A stretch of 64,000 bases of DNA from Candidatus Cloacimonadales bacterium (GCA_963662655.2 CAXXTU010000002.1:480001-544000); one strand, 5' to 3'; positions 45,746 to 56,986 are shown, numbered from the stretch's first letter. Notes: generated by a model from the letters alone, not told the origin. Made by a program: numbers and translations.

Positions 45746-47020
45746 TTAGTATATGAATTTCAGTTGCAAGGAATAACCTGTTCCTTTGGCACTCTCTGTC
45801 GGGAAAATCTGTTCGTAGCTCTGCAGAGCATAATCGATTTCAAGTTTACGGTTTTTGTAGCCAATGCTGTATGTAACTGAGTAGGTGTCGTACTCGGTAT
45901 CGAACGCTGTTCCGATGCGGAACGGAAACATCTCGGCGATGATGTATTCACCCGCGAGGGAAATGAACGGTTTGTCGGAAGCGACGACGGAATTTTCCAC
46001 CGCCTGGCTCCAGTCGAACGAGACAGATGAATTCTCGTCGAAGGTGTAATTCGCGCCTAAGTTGAAGAGGATCGGAAAATTCGTGGTGAAAGCGTCGCCG
46101 TTCTTCGTCGATTCCTCGTTCTCGATCGTATCAGAGTTCATGTCGCTGACATCGACATTGTCCGCGTGAATGTGGTAATATTTCTCTTTTACCTCCGAAT
46201 TCCAACTGATGAATCCGGGCAGGTTGTCGATGGTAAAACCTAGGGAGAGGTTTTCCACCAGCTCTTCCACGGTAATACCAACCAGTCCCTTCAAGCCGAC
46301 TCCGCCTACGCCGTAGCGAACGCGAATGAGTTGGTCCAGGCTCAATGAGGTGCTATCGGCCATAAAGCTTCCCTTGAATTCCTTCATTTCTGCGAAGCCT
46401 CCGCCGAACAACGCGCTGATGGTAAATCCGCCGTATATCTTTGGCAAATCAACATCCCATATACGGGCGATGTAATCATGTAAAGGGTAGCCGCCGTGCG
46501 CGATGGAGAGGTCGCCGTACGCGATCATGTCCATATCGTTCAGGCCACGATCGAAGTAATAGCTTTTGTCCAGTTCGTTGCCCGTGAACAAGAGATCGAA
46601 ATACTGCCTGGATATCCTGGCATTGGCAAACGCATGCGTACTTACAGCATAAGCATCTTTCCCTTGCGACCACGCCAGAATGATACCGTGGAAACTCCCT
46701 TTTGTCGAGAATCTGTTTCCATCGATCGAGCGGATGAACTCCCTGCGGGTTTCGATGGACAGCGTGTCATCGACCATCTTGTTGTACTGGTCGATATCCA
46801 TGGTGTTGTTCCAGAAGTTCCCATTGGTGCTCAGGAGAATCATGTCGCCGTGGCTCTCTTTGTTGAGGAACAAACGCGATGGGTTCCAATACATGGCGTT
46901 GACGCCCTCGCTTCTTTGAAGATAGCTTTCCGAGTACAGCGCCGAGGCAGGAGAGGACGTGCTGGCGAACATCGAAGCGGTAAGCAGGCAGATTATAAAG
47001 ATTATCGTATAGCGCTTCAT
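45746..47020 (-). CDS. Outer-membrane beta-barrel protein (DUF5723-like)
   Basis: Signal peptide, YWNPS, alternating beta strands, terminal aromatic residue. Confidence 0.65.
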   Translation of the reverse strand: MKRYTIIFIICLLTASMFASTSSPASALYSESYLQRSEGVNAMYWNPSRLFLNKESHGDMILLSTNGNFWNNTMDIDQYNKMVDDTLSIETRREFIRSIDGNRFSTKGSFHGIILAWSQGKDAYAVSTHAFANARISRQYFDLLFTGNELDKSYYFDRGLNDMDMIAYGDLSIAHGGYPLHDYIARIWDVDLPKIYGGFTISALFGGGFAEMKEFKGSFMADSTSLSLDQLIRVRYGVGGVGLKGLVGITVEELVENLSLGFTIDNLPGFISWNSEVKEKYYHIHADNVDVSDMNSDTIENEESTKNGDAFTTNFPILFNLGANYTFDENSSVSFDWSQAVENSVVASDKPFISLAGEYIIAEMFPFRIGTAFDTEYDTYSVTYSIGYKNRKLEIDYALQSYEQIFPTESAKGTGYSLQLKFIY

Positions 47021-47021
47021 A

Positions 47022-48590
47022 TCAATCTCCAAAGTGCAACACGATGTCCAGATCGCCATCGATGCCGAGGAAATCCTCGGGTGCAATGTATATTGTTTCA
47101 CCGTCCGTGCTTTCCATGAGCAGTTCGATGCCGAGATAGTATTTCTTCTGCGTGAAGAAGTGGATATCTTCTTCGCTCAGATCGAAAACGAATTCCTCAG
47201 TCGTGTTGGGCGGTGTGTATGTATTTTCCTCTTCTCTCGGTATCAGAAGATTCCATTTGCTGTAGACCGAATCCGGGTAATGGTAGAGGGTGTCGGGATT
47301 ATTGATCGTGCTGAAATGCAGATAGGCGTGCGCTGCCGCCGGCATGGTGTTCACGACTTTGAGCTTGATTTTTGCGGAGTGGGCGTAGTCGCGAATTTGC
47401 CCGCGAACCTCATCGGAAAGCTCTGTGACGAACGTCGAGTCGTTCCGAATCAATCCTTCATTGATTGCGAAGAGGAACGGAACTTTACCCTTGTAGTTTC
47501 CCGACGCCTTCTGGCCCGTACTGATAAAACCTGTCTCGTATTCCGTCTGTCCTACAACAAAATATGCGCCCGTGAGCTCGATTCGGGAGGGGAAGATGTT
47601 CAGCAGATAATCGAGGGAATCCGAAAGCACCTGAGTGCTTGTTACCGGTTCTTCCGGGCTTATTGCCTCATCGAATATGAGGTTGTCTTCCTGGTCAATG
47701 CAAATAGCCCGGGATTCTCCCTGATCATTGAAGCCGGTGAGTTTTCCACAGAATCCCACCTTGAAACCAAGTTCGTTGGTTATAGTGAAGAACATCCGCG
47801 CCTCCGAGATTACGAACGTCGAATCGGCGTTTTCAGGATAATTGAGCTCGAAATCCTCGATGTCGCTCTCGATTGGCAGGTTTCGGTTGAACACATTTCC
47901 TTTGAGTTCTGTGAAGCAAATGCTGTTCTCGTAGGAGACGCGCATCTCACATACTTTCTCGGTGTTCTGTATGTCGATCTGAGGCGTCACACTGAACTGA
48001 AGGCTGTCCAGCAGGACGTCGCTATCTTCGGCGCCGATGGTGTAATACTTATCGGCAGCCTCGTTGGCGTCCAGAGATACGAAAGTGGTGTCGCTGAAAT
48101 CGGTGATCTCAACCTGGAGCGGATTGCCGTCAGGATCGAATACCGAGTGGAACACGATAAAGATCGAAGTTAGCTGGGGATCAGGGTCTCTAACTTCGAA
48201 ATGAAGAGCCCACGATTTCACTTTGCCATAGCTTACGGTGATTCGCTCATCTGAGAAATCCGATTCGTCGAGCCCCAAGGAACCGTTGTTCTGTGTGTTG
48301 CTATAAAGCGGAATCCAGTTGTAGAGCTCCTGGTGCGATTTGATGAACATCAGTGAATCGACACCGCTACTGTTGATATTTCCATCCTGAATATAGAATA
48401 TGCTGTCGCCGTTTTCGTAGTGCTCGATGATGAATTCGGTGGAATCTTCCAGCTCGTAGATGTAGTAGTTCTTGTCGATCAGCGGAAGCTTGAATGTCGT
48501 ATCGAAAACCGGTACGTTGGGTGGTTTCATGCAACCAACAATGATAGCGGTCACGACGGAAATATAGAAAATGAACCGAAATGTCTTCAT
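47022..48590 (-). CDS. Hypothetical lipoprotein
   Basis: IVGC lipobox; acidic and beta-rich. Confidence 0.7.
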   Translation of the reverse strand: MKTFRFIFYISVVTAIIVGCMKPPNVPVFDTTFKLPLIDKNYYIYELEDSTEFIIEHYENGDSIFYIQDGNINSSGVDSLMFIKSHQELYNWIPLYSNTQNNGSLGLDESDFSDERITVSYGKVKSWALHFEVRDPDPQLTSIFIVFHSVFDPDGNPLQVEITDFSDTTFVSLDANEAADKYYTIGAEDSDVLLDSLQFSVTPQIDIQNTEKVCEMRVSYENSICFTELKGNVFNRNLPIESDIEDFELNYPENADSTFVISEARMFFTITNELGFKVGFCGKLTGFNDQGESRAICIDQEDNLIFDEAISPEEPVTSTQVLSDSLDYLLNIFPSRIELTGAYFVVGQTEYETGFISTGQKASGNYKGKVPFLFAINEGLIRNDSTFVTELSDEVRGQIRDYAHSAKIKLKVVNTMPAAAHAYLHFSTINNPDTLYHYPDSVYSKWNLLIPREEENTYTPPNTTEEFVFDLSEEDIHFFTQKKYYLGIELLMESTDGETIYIAPEDFLGIDGDLDIVLHFGD

Positions 48591-48610
48591 GGTTGATCCC
48601 CTCTTCGTGA

Positions 48611-49603
48611 TTACCAGAAAGATTTAGATAAAATTTTCCTTACGTCGATTATCCCTTTCGGAAGTGATTTGTCAATAAGAATCGGTATTCGCTCGACATT
48701 CCATTTCGCTTTGAGGAGGTGCAGATTCATTCGGTTGTATCCGAGTAGCATCGAGACATCCTGAGGCGCGACGCACAGCGTTCCGGTGAGTTCTGCAGGA
48801 AACTGCCTCAGATAGACTTCCGCGCGTACGAGTTCCCCGAACGAAGGGTGCCAGGGACCTGCTACAACCGAATTGGGATCGACATCTCCGTGCAGGCCAA
48901 TTTTTATAACAGAGATGCTGCTTTCGGTGAACCTCTGGAAGGCGTCGGCGCTCCACTGTATAGCGCTTTCGATGGATAATGGAGTGTATTCGCCGTCTCG
49001 ATAGCTTTTCTCCAGTTGAGTGCCCTTGAGGACAATGCACGGGTAGATGCGCGAGTACCTGGGTTGCAGTGCGATAGCTTGTTCGATGGTCCGATTCCAT
49101 GTGTCGGGCGTATCATCGGGCAATCCGGGAAGCAACTGAATGCAGAGATTGATACCGTGCGCTTTTACCAGCTTGCAGGTCTCGATCGCTTCGATGGAGC
49201 AATAGCCTCTTCTCGCCGAGAGGAGCACGCCATCATCGAAGCTCTGAACCCCTAGCTCGATGGTTGTCACGCCGCGGGATTTCACATACGAGATGAATTC
49301 GCGATCGAGCATGTCAGGTCGGGTTGAGAAGCGAATGCCGGACAGGCCGGGAAGGTAGGGCTCGATGATAGTTAAGAGGCGTTCGATCTCGTCGTGGGGG
49401 AGAGCGCTGAAAGTTCCGCCGTAGAAAGCGATCTCCTTCGGGATGACGGGATTGAACCGGATGAAACGCTCGATATCGGCCTTGAAAGAGGCCGGATCCA
49501 TCTCCGAATGGGTAGGGGAAACGGACGAAAAGGCGTTTTGGTCACAGTAGATGCACTGATTGGGGCAACCTCTGTGCGGAATGAAGACGGGGAGAAGCTT
49601 CAT
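48611..49603 (-). CDS. Elp3/YhcC-like radical SAM protein
   Basis: GCPNQCIYC, EIAFYGGTF, STRPD, IELGVQS, GP.HPSFGELV. Confidence 0.9.
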   Translation of the reverse strand: MKLLPVFIPHRGCPNQCIYCDQNAFSSVSPTHSEMDPASFKADIERFIRFNPVIPKEIAFYGGTFSALPHDEIERLLTIIEPYLPGLSGIRFSTRPDMLDREFISYVKSRGVTTIELGVQSFDDGVLLSARRGYCSIEAIETCKLVKAHGINLCIQLLPGLPDDTPDTWNRTIEQAIALQPRYSRIYPCIVLKGTQLEKSYRDGEYTPLSIESAIQWSADAFQRFTESSISVIKIGLHGDVDPNSVVAGPWHPSFGELVRAEVYLRQFPAELTGTLCVAPQDVSMLLGYNRMNLHLLKAKWNVERIPILIDKSLPKGIIDVRKILSKSFW

Positions 49604-50373
49604 AGACCGAGTCTATTGCATGCGATCCTTGCGGCATCCTGCTCGGCCTGTTTCTTCGATCGACCCGATCCCGTTCCCAGTATCTCGTTTTGAATGGAGA
49701 CGGATACTGTAAAAGTCTTCTTGTGGTCGGGCCCCTTCTCGTCCACCACCATATAGTCCGGCGGTTTCTGGTACTTGGCCTGAGAGTATTCCTGAAGGAT
49801 GCTCTTGAAATTCATCAGGGCGTCGCTTTCCAGAGCCTCTTCGAAGTCCTTGAGAACCAGCCGGTGAATGAAGCTGCGAGCCTTTGCCATGCCTGAATCG
49901 AGGTAGATGGCGCAAATCAGCGCTTCCATCGCGTCGGAGAGAATCGATTTGCGTTTGCGTCCGCCGGAGCGATCTTCTTCCGCGCTGACAAGCAGGTATC
50001 TGCCGAGATCGATTTGCTCTGCGATCAGCGCGAGGTATTTCTCCGAAACCAGCTTGGACTTCATCTTGGACATGATGCCTTCGGGCTGATCGGGGTACCG
50101 GACAAACAGCTCCTCCGCCACGACGAGCCCCAGAATGGAGTCGCCCAGGAATTCCATGCGCTCGAAAGCGGATACATCCTGATGCTCGCCCGTGATTCGA
50201 TTGATATACGAGGCGTGCATGAACGCGGCCTGAAGGAGGTTGATGTTCTTGAACTTGAATCCGATCGTCTTTTCGAATTCCGGTATGATCTCTTTCCAGG
50301 CGGGATCGTCGATGATCTTGCCTTCGATTCGGTAAGAGAAGAAATCGAGGATTGAGCTTAGTAGTTTTTTCAC
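49600..50373 (-). CDS. rnc: Ribonuclease III
   Basis: ERMEFLGDSILG signature; C-terminal dsRBD. Confidence 0.96.
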   Translation of the reverse strand: MKKLLSSILDFFSYRIEGKIIDDPAWKEIIPEFEKTIGFKFKNINLLQAAFMHASYINRITGEHQDVSAFERMEFLGDSILGLVVAEELFVRYPDQPEGIMSKMKSKLVSEKYLALIAEQIDLGRYLLVSAEEDRSGGRKRKSILSDAMEALICAIYLDSGMAKARSFIHRLVLKDFEEALESDALMNFKSILQEYSQAKYQKPPDYMVVDEKGPDHKKTFTVSVSIQNEILGTGSGRSKKQAEQDAARIACNRLGL

Positions 50374-50430
50374 AATCTTATATTGATAAAGGGATCAATC
50401 ATAAAACTGATCCCTTTCAAATTTATAGGG

Positions 50431-51672
50431 TTAACCGTTATATTTCTTGAATACGAGAACACCGTTGTGACCACCGAATCCGAGGGAGTTGCTAACCGCG
50501 ATGTTCACATCGAGGTCGATCGCTCCGCCGGTGATGTAATCGAGATCGCAATCGGGATCCGGATTTACGAGGTTGATGGTCGGATGAACTCTTCCATTCT
50601 GGATCGATTTACAGCATACGATACCTTCGATCGCAGCAGCAGCGCCGAGCGTGTGTCCAACCATTGACTTGGTCGAGCTCACTTTCAGCTTGTAGGCATG
50701 TTCACCGAACACCGTACGGTAGCTCGCGCTTTCGTTCTTGTCGTTGAGCGGTGTCGATGTACCGTGCGCGTTCATGTAATCCACTTCGTGCGGCTGGATG
50801 CCGGCGTCTTTCAGTGCTGCGACAATCGCTCTCGCTCCGCCCTCTCCGTTCTCGGCAGGCGCTGTGATGTGGAACGCGTCGCATGTTGCGCCGTAACCGA
50901 CGATTTCCGCGTAGATTTTCGCGCCGCGAGCCAGTGCGTGATCCCGTTCCTCAAGAACCAGAAGACCTGCGCCTTCCGCCATGATGAATCCGTCACGTTC
51001 CTTGTCGAAGGGACGGCAGGCGGTTTCGGGGCTGTCGTTGCGTGTGCTGAGCGCTTTCATGGAGCAGAAGCCGGCCACAGCGAGGCGTGTGACGGCTGCT
51101 TCGGTTCCGCCGGCGACGATGATGTCTGCGTCACCGTATTGGATCGCTCTGAACGCTGTGCCGAGCGCGTGGTTCGCAGAGGCGCATGCCGACGTCGGAG
51201 TGAAGTTGATACCCCGGAGATTGTGCTCGATGGCTACGTGAGCGCCGGCGATGTTGGATATCATCTTGGGGATGAAAAATGGGCTGATGCGCTTGGGCCC
51301 TTTCTCGAAAAGCTTGAAGGCTTCTTCTTCGAAAGTGGCCATGCCGCCGATTCCCGCGCCGACAATCGCGCCGATCCGGTCGCGGTCCATCTCGTGGTCC
51401 GTGAGCCCGGCGTCCTTGATTGCTTCGCGTGCGCAAACCATAGCGAATTGGGTATATAAGTCGAGTTTCTTGACTTCCTTTTTGTCGAAGTGATCTTCGG
51501 GGTTATAGGCTGCCACCTCTCCGGCGATCTGGCTCGTCAGTTCCGATGCATCAAAGCGCGTGATGGTTCGTACACCGCTTTTTCCGGCAAGAAGATTCTT
51601 CCAGGTGTCATCAACATTCATTCCCAAGGCGTTAATGGTCCCCAGACCGGTTACAACCACTCTCCTTCTCAT
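50431..51672 (-). CDS. fabF: 3-oxoacyl-ACP synthase II
   Basis: RVVVTGLG, SACAS, NAHGTST, KSMVGHTLGAA, NSLGFGG. Confidence 0.97.
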   Translation of the reverse strand: MRRRVVVTGLGTINALGMNVDDTWKNLLAGKSGVRTITRFDASELTSQIAGEVAAYNPEDHFDKKEVKKLDLYTQFAMVCAREAIKDAGLTDHEMDRDRIGAIVGAGIGGMATFEEEAFKLFEKGPKRISPFFIPKMISNIAGAHVAIEHNLRGINFTPTSACASANHALGTAFRAIQYGDADIIVAGGTEAAVTRLAVAGFCSMKALSTRNDSPETACRPFDKERDGFIMAEGAGLLVLEERDHALARGAKIYAEIVGYGATCDAFHITAPAENGEGGARAIVAALKDAGIQPHEVDYMNAHGTSTPLNDKNESASYRTVFGEHAYKLKVSSTKSMVGHTLGAAAAIEGIVCCKSIQNGRVHPTINLVNPDPDCDLDYITGGAIDLDVNIAVSNSLGFGGHNGVLVFKKYNG

Positions 51673-51744
51673 AAATAAACCTCTCTGTTATAAACTATTT
51701 AGATGAGTTGCAGGCAAATAATGGATGCTGCTTTCAATGTGGTA

Positions 51745-51780
51745 AAAAAGAGTGAATTGCCCGGTTTACACCAGGCAATT
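51745..51780 (-). terminator. Intrinsic terminator after acpP
   Basis: AATTGCCTGGT-gtaa-ACCGGGCAATT followed by CACTCTTTTTT. Confidence 0.65.
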
Positions 51781-51789
51781 CCAAGTAAC

Positions 51790-52023
51790 TTACTTTACTT
51801 TCTCTTTGAGGTAGTCGATTGCTTTACCAACTGTATCGAGCTTCTCGGCGTCTTCGTCCGGAATGTCAAGATCGAACTCTTCTTCGAATTTCATGATAAG
51901 TTCGACAGTGTCCAGTGAATCTGCACCGAGATCTTCGATGAAATGCGCGTTTTCCGTTACTTCACTGGCGTTTACATCCAGTTCTTCAACGATGATTTCT
52001 TTTACGCGTGCTGCAATATCCAT
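51790..52023 (-). CDS. acpP: Acyl carrier protein
   Basis: [12 protein letters not shown]; start MDIAARV with AGGAGG RBS. Confidence 0.97.
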   Translation of the reverse strand: MDIAARVKEIIVEELDVNASEVTENAHFIEDLGADSLDTVELIMKFEEEFDLDIPDEDAEKLDTVGKAIDYLKEKVK

Positions 52024-52046
52024 TTTATTACCTCCTGTTGGATTTT

Positions 52047-52787
52047 CTACATGATAAGCCCACCGTCGACCTGTATGGTCTGCCCGGTGATATATGAAGC
52101 TTCTTCCGAAGCAAGGAACACACAAAGATTCGCCACGTCGAGGGGTTTCCCCATGCGGCTCATCGGTATCGCTTCCGCGTACGCCTTCACGACGTCTTCT
52201 GGGAGCTGGGTCATATCGGTTTCGATGAATCCCGGGGCGATCGAGTTCGCTCGTATGCCGCGTTTCGCCACTTCCTTCGCCGTCGATTTGGTGAAGGCGA
52301 TGATCCCGCCCTTGGAAGCGGCATAGTTCGCCTGGCCAATGTTGCCCATGAGGCCGATGACCGACGCAATGTTGATGATGGAGCCGGATTTCTGTTTCAG
52401 CATGGGGCGGATAACCCGCTTCGTGCAGATGAACGTTCCCTTGAGGTTCACGTTCATCACCAGATCCCAATCCGATTCTTTCATCTTCATCAGAATTCCG
52501 TCGCGAGTGATACCCGCGTTGTTGACCAGGATGTCGATATGACCGAACTGGTCGACCACTTCCTTCATGGCGTTTTCGACGGCTTCGTCGTCCGTAACGT
52601 CGAGAACGTGACCTTCCGCTTCAAAGCCTGCGTCCGCAAGCTGCTGAATCGCCGTCTCCATCTGGTCGGCCAGAAGATCGAACAAGACCGGAATTGCGCC
52701 TTCTTCCGCGTAGCGTTTCGCGATTGCGAATCCGATACCGCGCGCGCCGCCGGTCACGATTGCTATTTTACCTTCTAATCTTTTCAT
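52047..52787 (-). CDS. fabG: 3-oxoacyl-ACP reductase
   Basis: [21 protein letters not shown]. Confidence 0.96.
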   Translation of the reverse strand: MKRLEGKIAIVTGGARGIGFAIAKRYAEEGAIPVLFDLLADQMETAIQQLADAGFEAEGHVLDVTDDEAVENAMKEVVDQFGHIDILVNNAGITRDGILMKMKESDWDLVMNVNLKGTFICTKRVIRPMLKQKSGSIINIASVIGLMGNIGQANYAASKGGIIAFTKSTAKEVAKRGIRANSIAPGFIETDMTQLPEDVVKAYAEAIPMSRMGKPLDVANLCVFLASEEASYITGQTIQVDGGLIM

Positions 52788-53731
52788 AACTCTTCCAGTT
52801 TCGCTTTTACAGCCTCGACATCCTCGAGCTTATCAACGCTGAAGATCGTGGCGTCGCGATTGATTTTCTTCATCATTCCAGCCAATACTCGCTGCGGTCC
52901 AAATTCTATGAAGATTGGGTTAAACTTGTCAATTATTAATTCCATCGACTGCACCCACTGCACGGTCGAAGTCACCTGCAACGCGAGGTTCTTCTTGATC
53001 GCATCCAGCTCTGTAACGGGCTGCGCGTCGACATTCGACACGAGCGGGATATTCGTATTGTGGAATGAGGTTTGTTCAATTTCTTCCTTGAGCCACTCGC
53101 CTGCACGTGCGATGAGCGGTGAGTGGAACGGGCCGCCAACGGTCAATGGAATGACCCGCTTGGCTCCCTTCTCTCTGGCAATTTCTCCGGCCTTGTCAAC
53201 GCCGGCCTTAGAGCCGGAGATAACGGTCTGAACCGGAGTATTGAAGTTGGCAGCGATCACGATGCCTTCCGATTCGGCTTCCTTGCATATCTCGCGAACT
53301 TCGTCCGGCGAGAGGCCGACGATCGCGGTCATGCCGAAAGGTTTGCCATCGTTTGCGCGGATCATGAAGTCACCGCGCTTGTGGACGAGGTTCATCGCGT
53401 CGGAAAGTTCCAGGACGCCGTTGGCGACCAGTGCGGTAAATTCACCCAGCGAGTGCCCCGCCACGACATCCGGCCGGATGTCGATCAGGTTCTGCAGGCT
53501 GCGCATGGCAGCGATGCTGTGGAAGAGGATCGCGGGTTGCGTATAGGTCGTTTCGGTAAGCCTCTCTTCCGGGCCGTCTTTCATGACCTGGTAGAGCGTC
53601 GTGCCGTTCTTTTCGTCGAACCTGTTGAGGATGGCTTCGTTTTCGTCGTTGATGTAGTCCATCGCCATTCCGACGTACTGCGCCCCCTGGCCGGGAAAAA
53701 CAAATGCTATGTTGTGATTCTTGTAAGCCAT
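52784..53731 (-). CDS. fabD: Malonyl-CoA:ACP transacylase
   Basis: FPGQGAQ, GHSLGE, PFHS. Confidence 0.96.
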   Translation of the reverse strand: MAYKNHNIAFVFPGQGAQYVGMAMDYINDENEAILNRFDEKNGTTLYQVMKDGPEERLTETTYTQPAILFHSIAAMRSLQNLIDIRPDVVAGHSLGEFTALVANGVLELSDAMNLVHKRGDFMIRANDGKPFGMTAIVGLSPDEVREICKEAESEGIVIAANFNTPVQTVISGSKAGVDKAGEIAREKGAKRVIPLTVGGPFHSPLIARAGEWLKEEIEQTSFHNTNIPLVSNVDAQPVTELDAIKKNLALQVTSTVQWVQSMELIIDKFNPIFIEFGPQRVLAGMMKKINRDATIFSVDKLEDVEAVKAKLEEL

Positions 53732-53744
53732 TTTCGTACCTCCA

Positions 53745-54743
53745 TCAATACCGGAAAATCATACTTCCGGAGGTGAGCCCCGCTCCGAATGCCACGGTCA
53801 TGACCATGTCGCCGCGCCGTATATGGTTCAGCTCGATCGCCTCGCTGAGGGCGCATGGAATCGTCGAAGCGGACGTGTTGCCGTATTTCTCGATGTTGAT
53901 AATCACCTTGTCTTCGTCAACCTTGAGCTTTCTGCCGACGCCCTCGATGATACGGAGGTTCGCCTGATGGGGGATGAGCCAATCGATATCTTTGATGTCG
54001 AGGTTGTTGCGCTTCATCACCACTTCGCAGGCTCCTGCCATCGATTTGATCGCCAGCTTGAATATCTTGTTGCCTTCCATGTAAATGGTATGCTGATTCT
54101 TCCTGATCGTGCTCTTGGACGCCGGATACTTCGATCCGCCGGCCTGCTGGATCAGGAGGTCGCCATACGCGCCGTCAGAGAACATGACGGAATCGAAAAA
54201 GTGCGAAATATCGCTTCGCTCCGCTCTCGAAACAATTGCCGCTCCCGCTGCGTCGCCGAAAAGAACGCAAGTGTTGCGATCTTTCCAGTTCACAATGCGG
54301 GTCAGAATCTCCACGGCCACGACGAGTATGTTCTTGTACACGCCGTTTTCGATGTATTGCCTCGCAATATCGGCCGCGTAGATGAAACCGGTGCAGCCGG
54401 CTGACAGATCGAAAGCCGGGCAGTCGTTCTTGATTCCCAGCTTGTGCTGGAGGATGCAACCCGTCGAGGGGAATGCATGATCGGGGGTAACGGTACCCAC
54501 AATGATCAGGTCGATGTCTTTCGGGCGGATACCCGCCGCCTGGATGGCTCTCTCCGAAGCTTTCAAGGCCAGATCGGAGGACGCTTCGTCGTCAGCGGCA
54601 ATGTGACGTTCGAACATTCCGGTTCGTGTACGTATCCACTCATCGGATGTATCGACGATCTTCTCTAGATCGTAGTTGTTCAGTATTTTCGCAGGATGAT
54701 AGTGTCCCATCCCGGCGATTTTTGCATTGTATTTTTTTTGCAT
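53745..54743 (-). CDS. fabH: 3-oxoacyl-ACP synthase III
   Basis: AGCTGF, LFGDAAG, PHQAN, GNTS. Confidence 0.96.
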   Translation of the reverse strand: MQKKYNAKIAGMGHYHPAKILNNYDLEKIVDTSDEWIRTRTGMFERHIAADDEASSDLALKASERAIQAAGIRPKDIDLIIVGTVTPDHAFPSTGCILQHKLGIKNDCPAFDLSAGCTGFIYAADIARQYIENGVYKNILVVAVEILTRIVNWKDRNTCVLFGDAAGAAIVSRAERSDISHFFDSVMFSDGAYGDLLIQQAGGSKYPASKSTIRKNQHTIYMEGNKIFKLAIKSMAGACEVVMKRNNLDIKDIDWLIPHQANLRIIEGVGRKLKVDEDKVIINIEKYGNTSASTIPCALSEAIELNHIRRGDMVMTVAFGAGLTSGSMIFRY

Positions 54744-54757
54744 GATAACCTCGCAGG

Positions 54758-55759
54758 TTACGATGATTTATGTTCGAAAAATTCTTTGGCATGCTCAAGG
54801 AAACCCGATTGAGCAATCCTGGCTCCGAACCGGACAGCGTTCTTGATCGCAATCGCGTTCGAGCTTCCGTGGGCTACCAGGACAGTGCCATTCAAACCAG
54901 TCAGTAAGGCTCCGCCGTGCTCCGAATGATCGAGTTTCTTCTTGAGATACTGGTAGACGGGGAAAGAGAGCATCGCGCCAATCTTGGCGATCCAGTCTTT
55001 CTTGATCTGTTCCTTCATCATCCGGAAAATCGATACGGCTGCGCCTTCGAGGGTCTTGAGCATCACGTTGCCTACAAAACCATCACAAATCACGACGTTA
55101 ACTTCACCCTTCATCACCTGCTTGCCTTCGATGTTGCCGACAAAGTTGATGCCGGGCTCCACCAGAAGCAGTTGATAGGTTTTCTTGGCGAGTTCGTTGC
55201 CTTTCATGCTCTCTTCGCCAATATTCAAAAGGGCTACTTTGGGATTATCAATTTTATGGAAAAATTGAGAATATAATGACCCGAGCCTGGCAAACTGAAC
55301 CAGATAATCGGGCGTGCAATCCACGTTAGCGCCAACATCCAGCATAATCGTGTTTCCACTCATCGTGGGGAGGTGGATGGAGATCGCGGGACGCATTACA
55401 TTCTTGATTCTTCCGATATTCAAAAGCGAGGCAGCCATCACAGCGCCGGTGTTTCCCGCGCTGACAACGGTGTCGGCTTTTCCTTCCTTGTGCAGGAGGA
55501 TCGCTTTAACGAGCGAAGAATCTTTTTTCGATTTCACCGAGCTGGAAGCCTTATCGTCCATTGTCACGACTTGAGAGGCGTGGACAACTTCGATTCGAGT
55601 ACTATCGTAATAGTACTTTTCCAGCTCTTTCTTTAAGATATCTTCCTTGCCTGTGAGCAAAATCTTGTCGCAGGCATTCTCCTTAATTGCAAGAACCGCT
55701 CCCTCTACTTCTGGAAAGGGAGCGTTGTCTGAACCAAATGCGTCAAGAGCTACGATCAT
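54758..55759 (-). CDS. plsX: Phosphate acyltransferase
   Basis: ALDAFGSD, SAGNTGA, LDVGAN, CDGFVGN, HGSS. Confidence 0.96.
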   Translation of the reverse strand: MIVALDAFGSDNAPFPEVEGAVLAIKENACDKILLTGKEDILKKELEKYYYDSTRIEVVHASQVVTMDDKASSSVKSKKDSSLVKAILLHKEGKADTVVSAGNTGAVMAASLLNIGRIKNVMRPAISIHLPTMSGNTIMLDVGANVDCTPDYLVQFARLGSLYSQFFHKIDNPKVALLNIGEESMKGNELAKKTYQLLLVEPGINFVGNIEGKQVMKGEVNVVICDGFVGNVMLKTLEGAAVSIFRMMKEQIKKDWIAKIGAMLSFPVYQYLKKKLDHSEHGGALLTGLNGTVLVAHGSSNAIAIKNAVRFGARIAQSGFLEHAKEFFEHKSS

Positions 55760-55944
55760 CAGGCTTTTTCTTTAATCTCGATGACCTTTTTCCCTTTGTA
55801 GTATCCACACTTATCGCATACGTTATGCGGACGTGCCGGTTCGCCGCAGTTCGGACAGGTAGTCCAGGTAGGCATCTCAGCTTTGAAATGCGTTCTGCGT
55901 TTGTCACGGCGTGACTTTGAAGTTTTCCGTTTTGGTACTGCCAT
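55759..55944 (-). CDS. rpmF: 50S ribosomal protein L32
   Basis: [17 protein letters not shown], CxxC...CxxCGYY. Confidence 0.97.
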   Translation of the reverse strand: MAVPKRKTSKSRRDKRRTHFKAEMPTWTTCPNCGEPARPHNVCDKCGYYKGKKVIEIKEKA

Positions 55945-56184
55945 TTTCAGCTCCTTGTATTCTTACTTCTACTATATAACAATATGGCATCTCCGCATTG
56001 AAACCATGAGTTTTCTCACCGTTACAATCCAAGATGCAAACAAGATTGTCACAATATTTTCCAATGTTTCCATGTCAAGAAAAATGAGACAAATAGAACC
56101 GAAACGGCTAAATCGCTTTTTCCGGGCGGGATTTGGGTAACTGGAATGAATTCCGCATGTTAGTCGGACTACTGTGACATGGAC

Positions 56185-56218
56185 AAAAAGAAAGCCCGAA
56201 TCAATTGAAACGGGCTTG
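56185..56218 (-). terminator. Intrinsic terminator
   Basis: AAGCCCG...CGGGCTT followed by TCTTTTT. Confidence 0.6.
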
Positions 56219-56230
56219 GAAGAAGTTGAT

Positions 56231-56986
56231 TTATTCCCAGTCTTGCATTCCGTACTTGCTCATGATCTTCGTAAGCGTGCCATTCTTTCTGATTTTCTCC
56301 ATTCCTTCGTCCAACATCTTCGCATATTCTTTCGACTTGGGATTCTTCGGGGAGAATGCCACATAGACTGCGTCGAGCGACTCGTCCGTGCCGGCTATCC
56401 TGATATTGTCGTTCAGCTTGATCTCATTGACCGTGTACTCTCCTACGGCTTTTGTGGCCAGAACCACGTCGATATCACCCTTGCTCAGGGCCGTGAAATT
56501 CTTGATGAGTGGAAGATCGCCAAACGCCCATTTGGCATCCGGGTTGTCTTTAAGAAACTCATCGATATCTGAACCGTAAGAATAGTCGAGAATAACGCCT
56601 AGCTTTTTTCCTTTCAACGATGATATACCTGAATATTTCCAGCCATCGTCCTGCCGGACGAAGAAAGCCAGTTCAGATACGCCCTGAGCCTTTTGAGGAA
56701 AGATAAAACCTTCGGCGTCTTCGTGTGCAGCTCCCACAACTGCCGTGAATTTTCCGTTCTCGGTTTCTTTCAATGCCTTTGTCCAGGGTAAGACACTGTA
56801 CTCCACTTTGTAACCAAGAGGTTCGAATACTGCTCTTGCGATGTCGATCATGAATCCCTCATTGCTTGATATCGCGGGATCCATGTTGAATGGGGGCCAG
56901 GGATCTGCCGCCAATGTAATTGTTTCCTGAGCGGTCAAACCGAATGTGAGCGCAAAGAGAATTACCAATAAAATTGTGTGTTTCAT
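56231..56986 (-). CDS. Substrate-binding periplasmic protein (family 3)
   Basis: Signal peptide; DPWPPF, G..IDI, LPW..A, GTL.KI..KY. Confidence 0.85.
   Translation of the reverse strand: MKHTILLVILFALTFGLTAQETITLAADPWPPFNMDPAISSNEGFMIDIARAVFEPLGYKVEYSVLPWTKALKETENGKFTAVVGAAHEDAEGFIFPQKAQGVSELAFFVRQDDGWKYSGISSLKGKKLGVILDYSYGSDIDEFLKDNPDAKWAFGDLPLIKNFTALSKGDIDVVLATKAVGEYTVNEIKLNDNIRIAGTDESLDAVYVAFSPKNPKSKEYAKMLDEGMEKIRKNGTLTKIMSKYGMQDWE

Noticed and set aside
51790..52470. 226-aa extended ACP ORF
   Set aside because: The extension overlaps fabG; the true start is 52023 with a clear RBS
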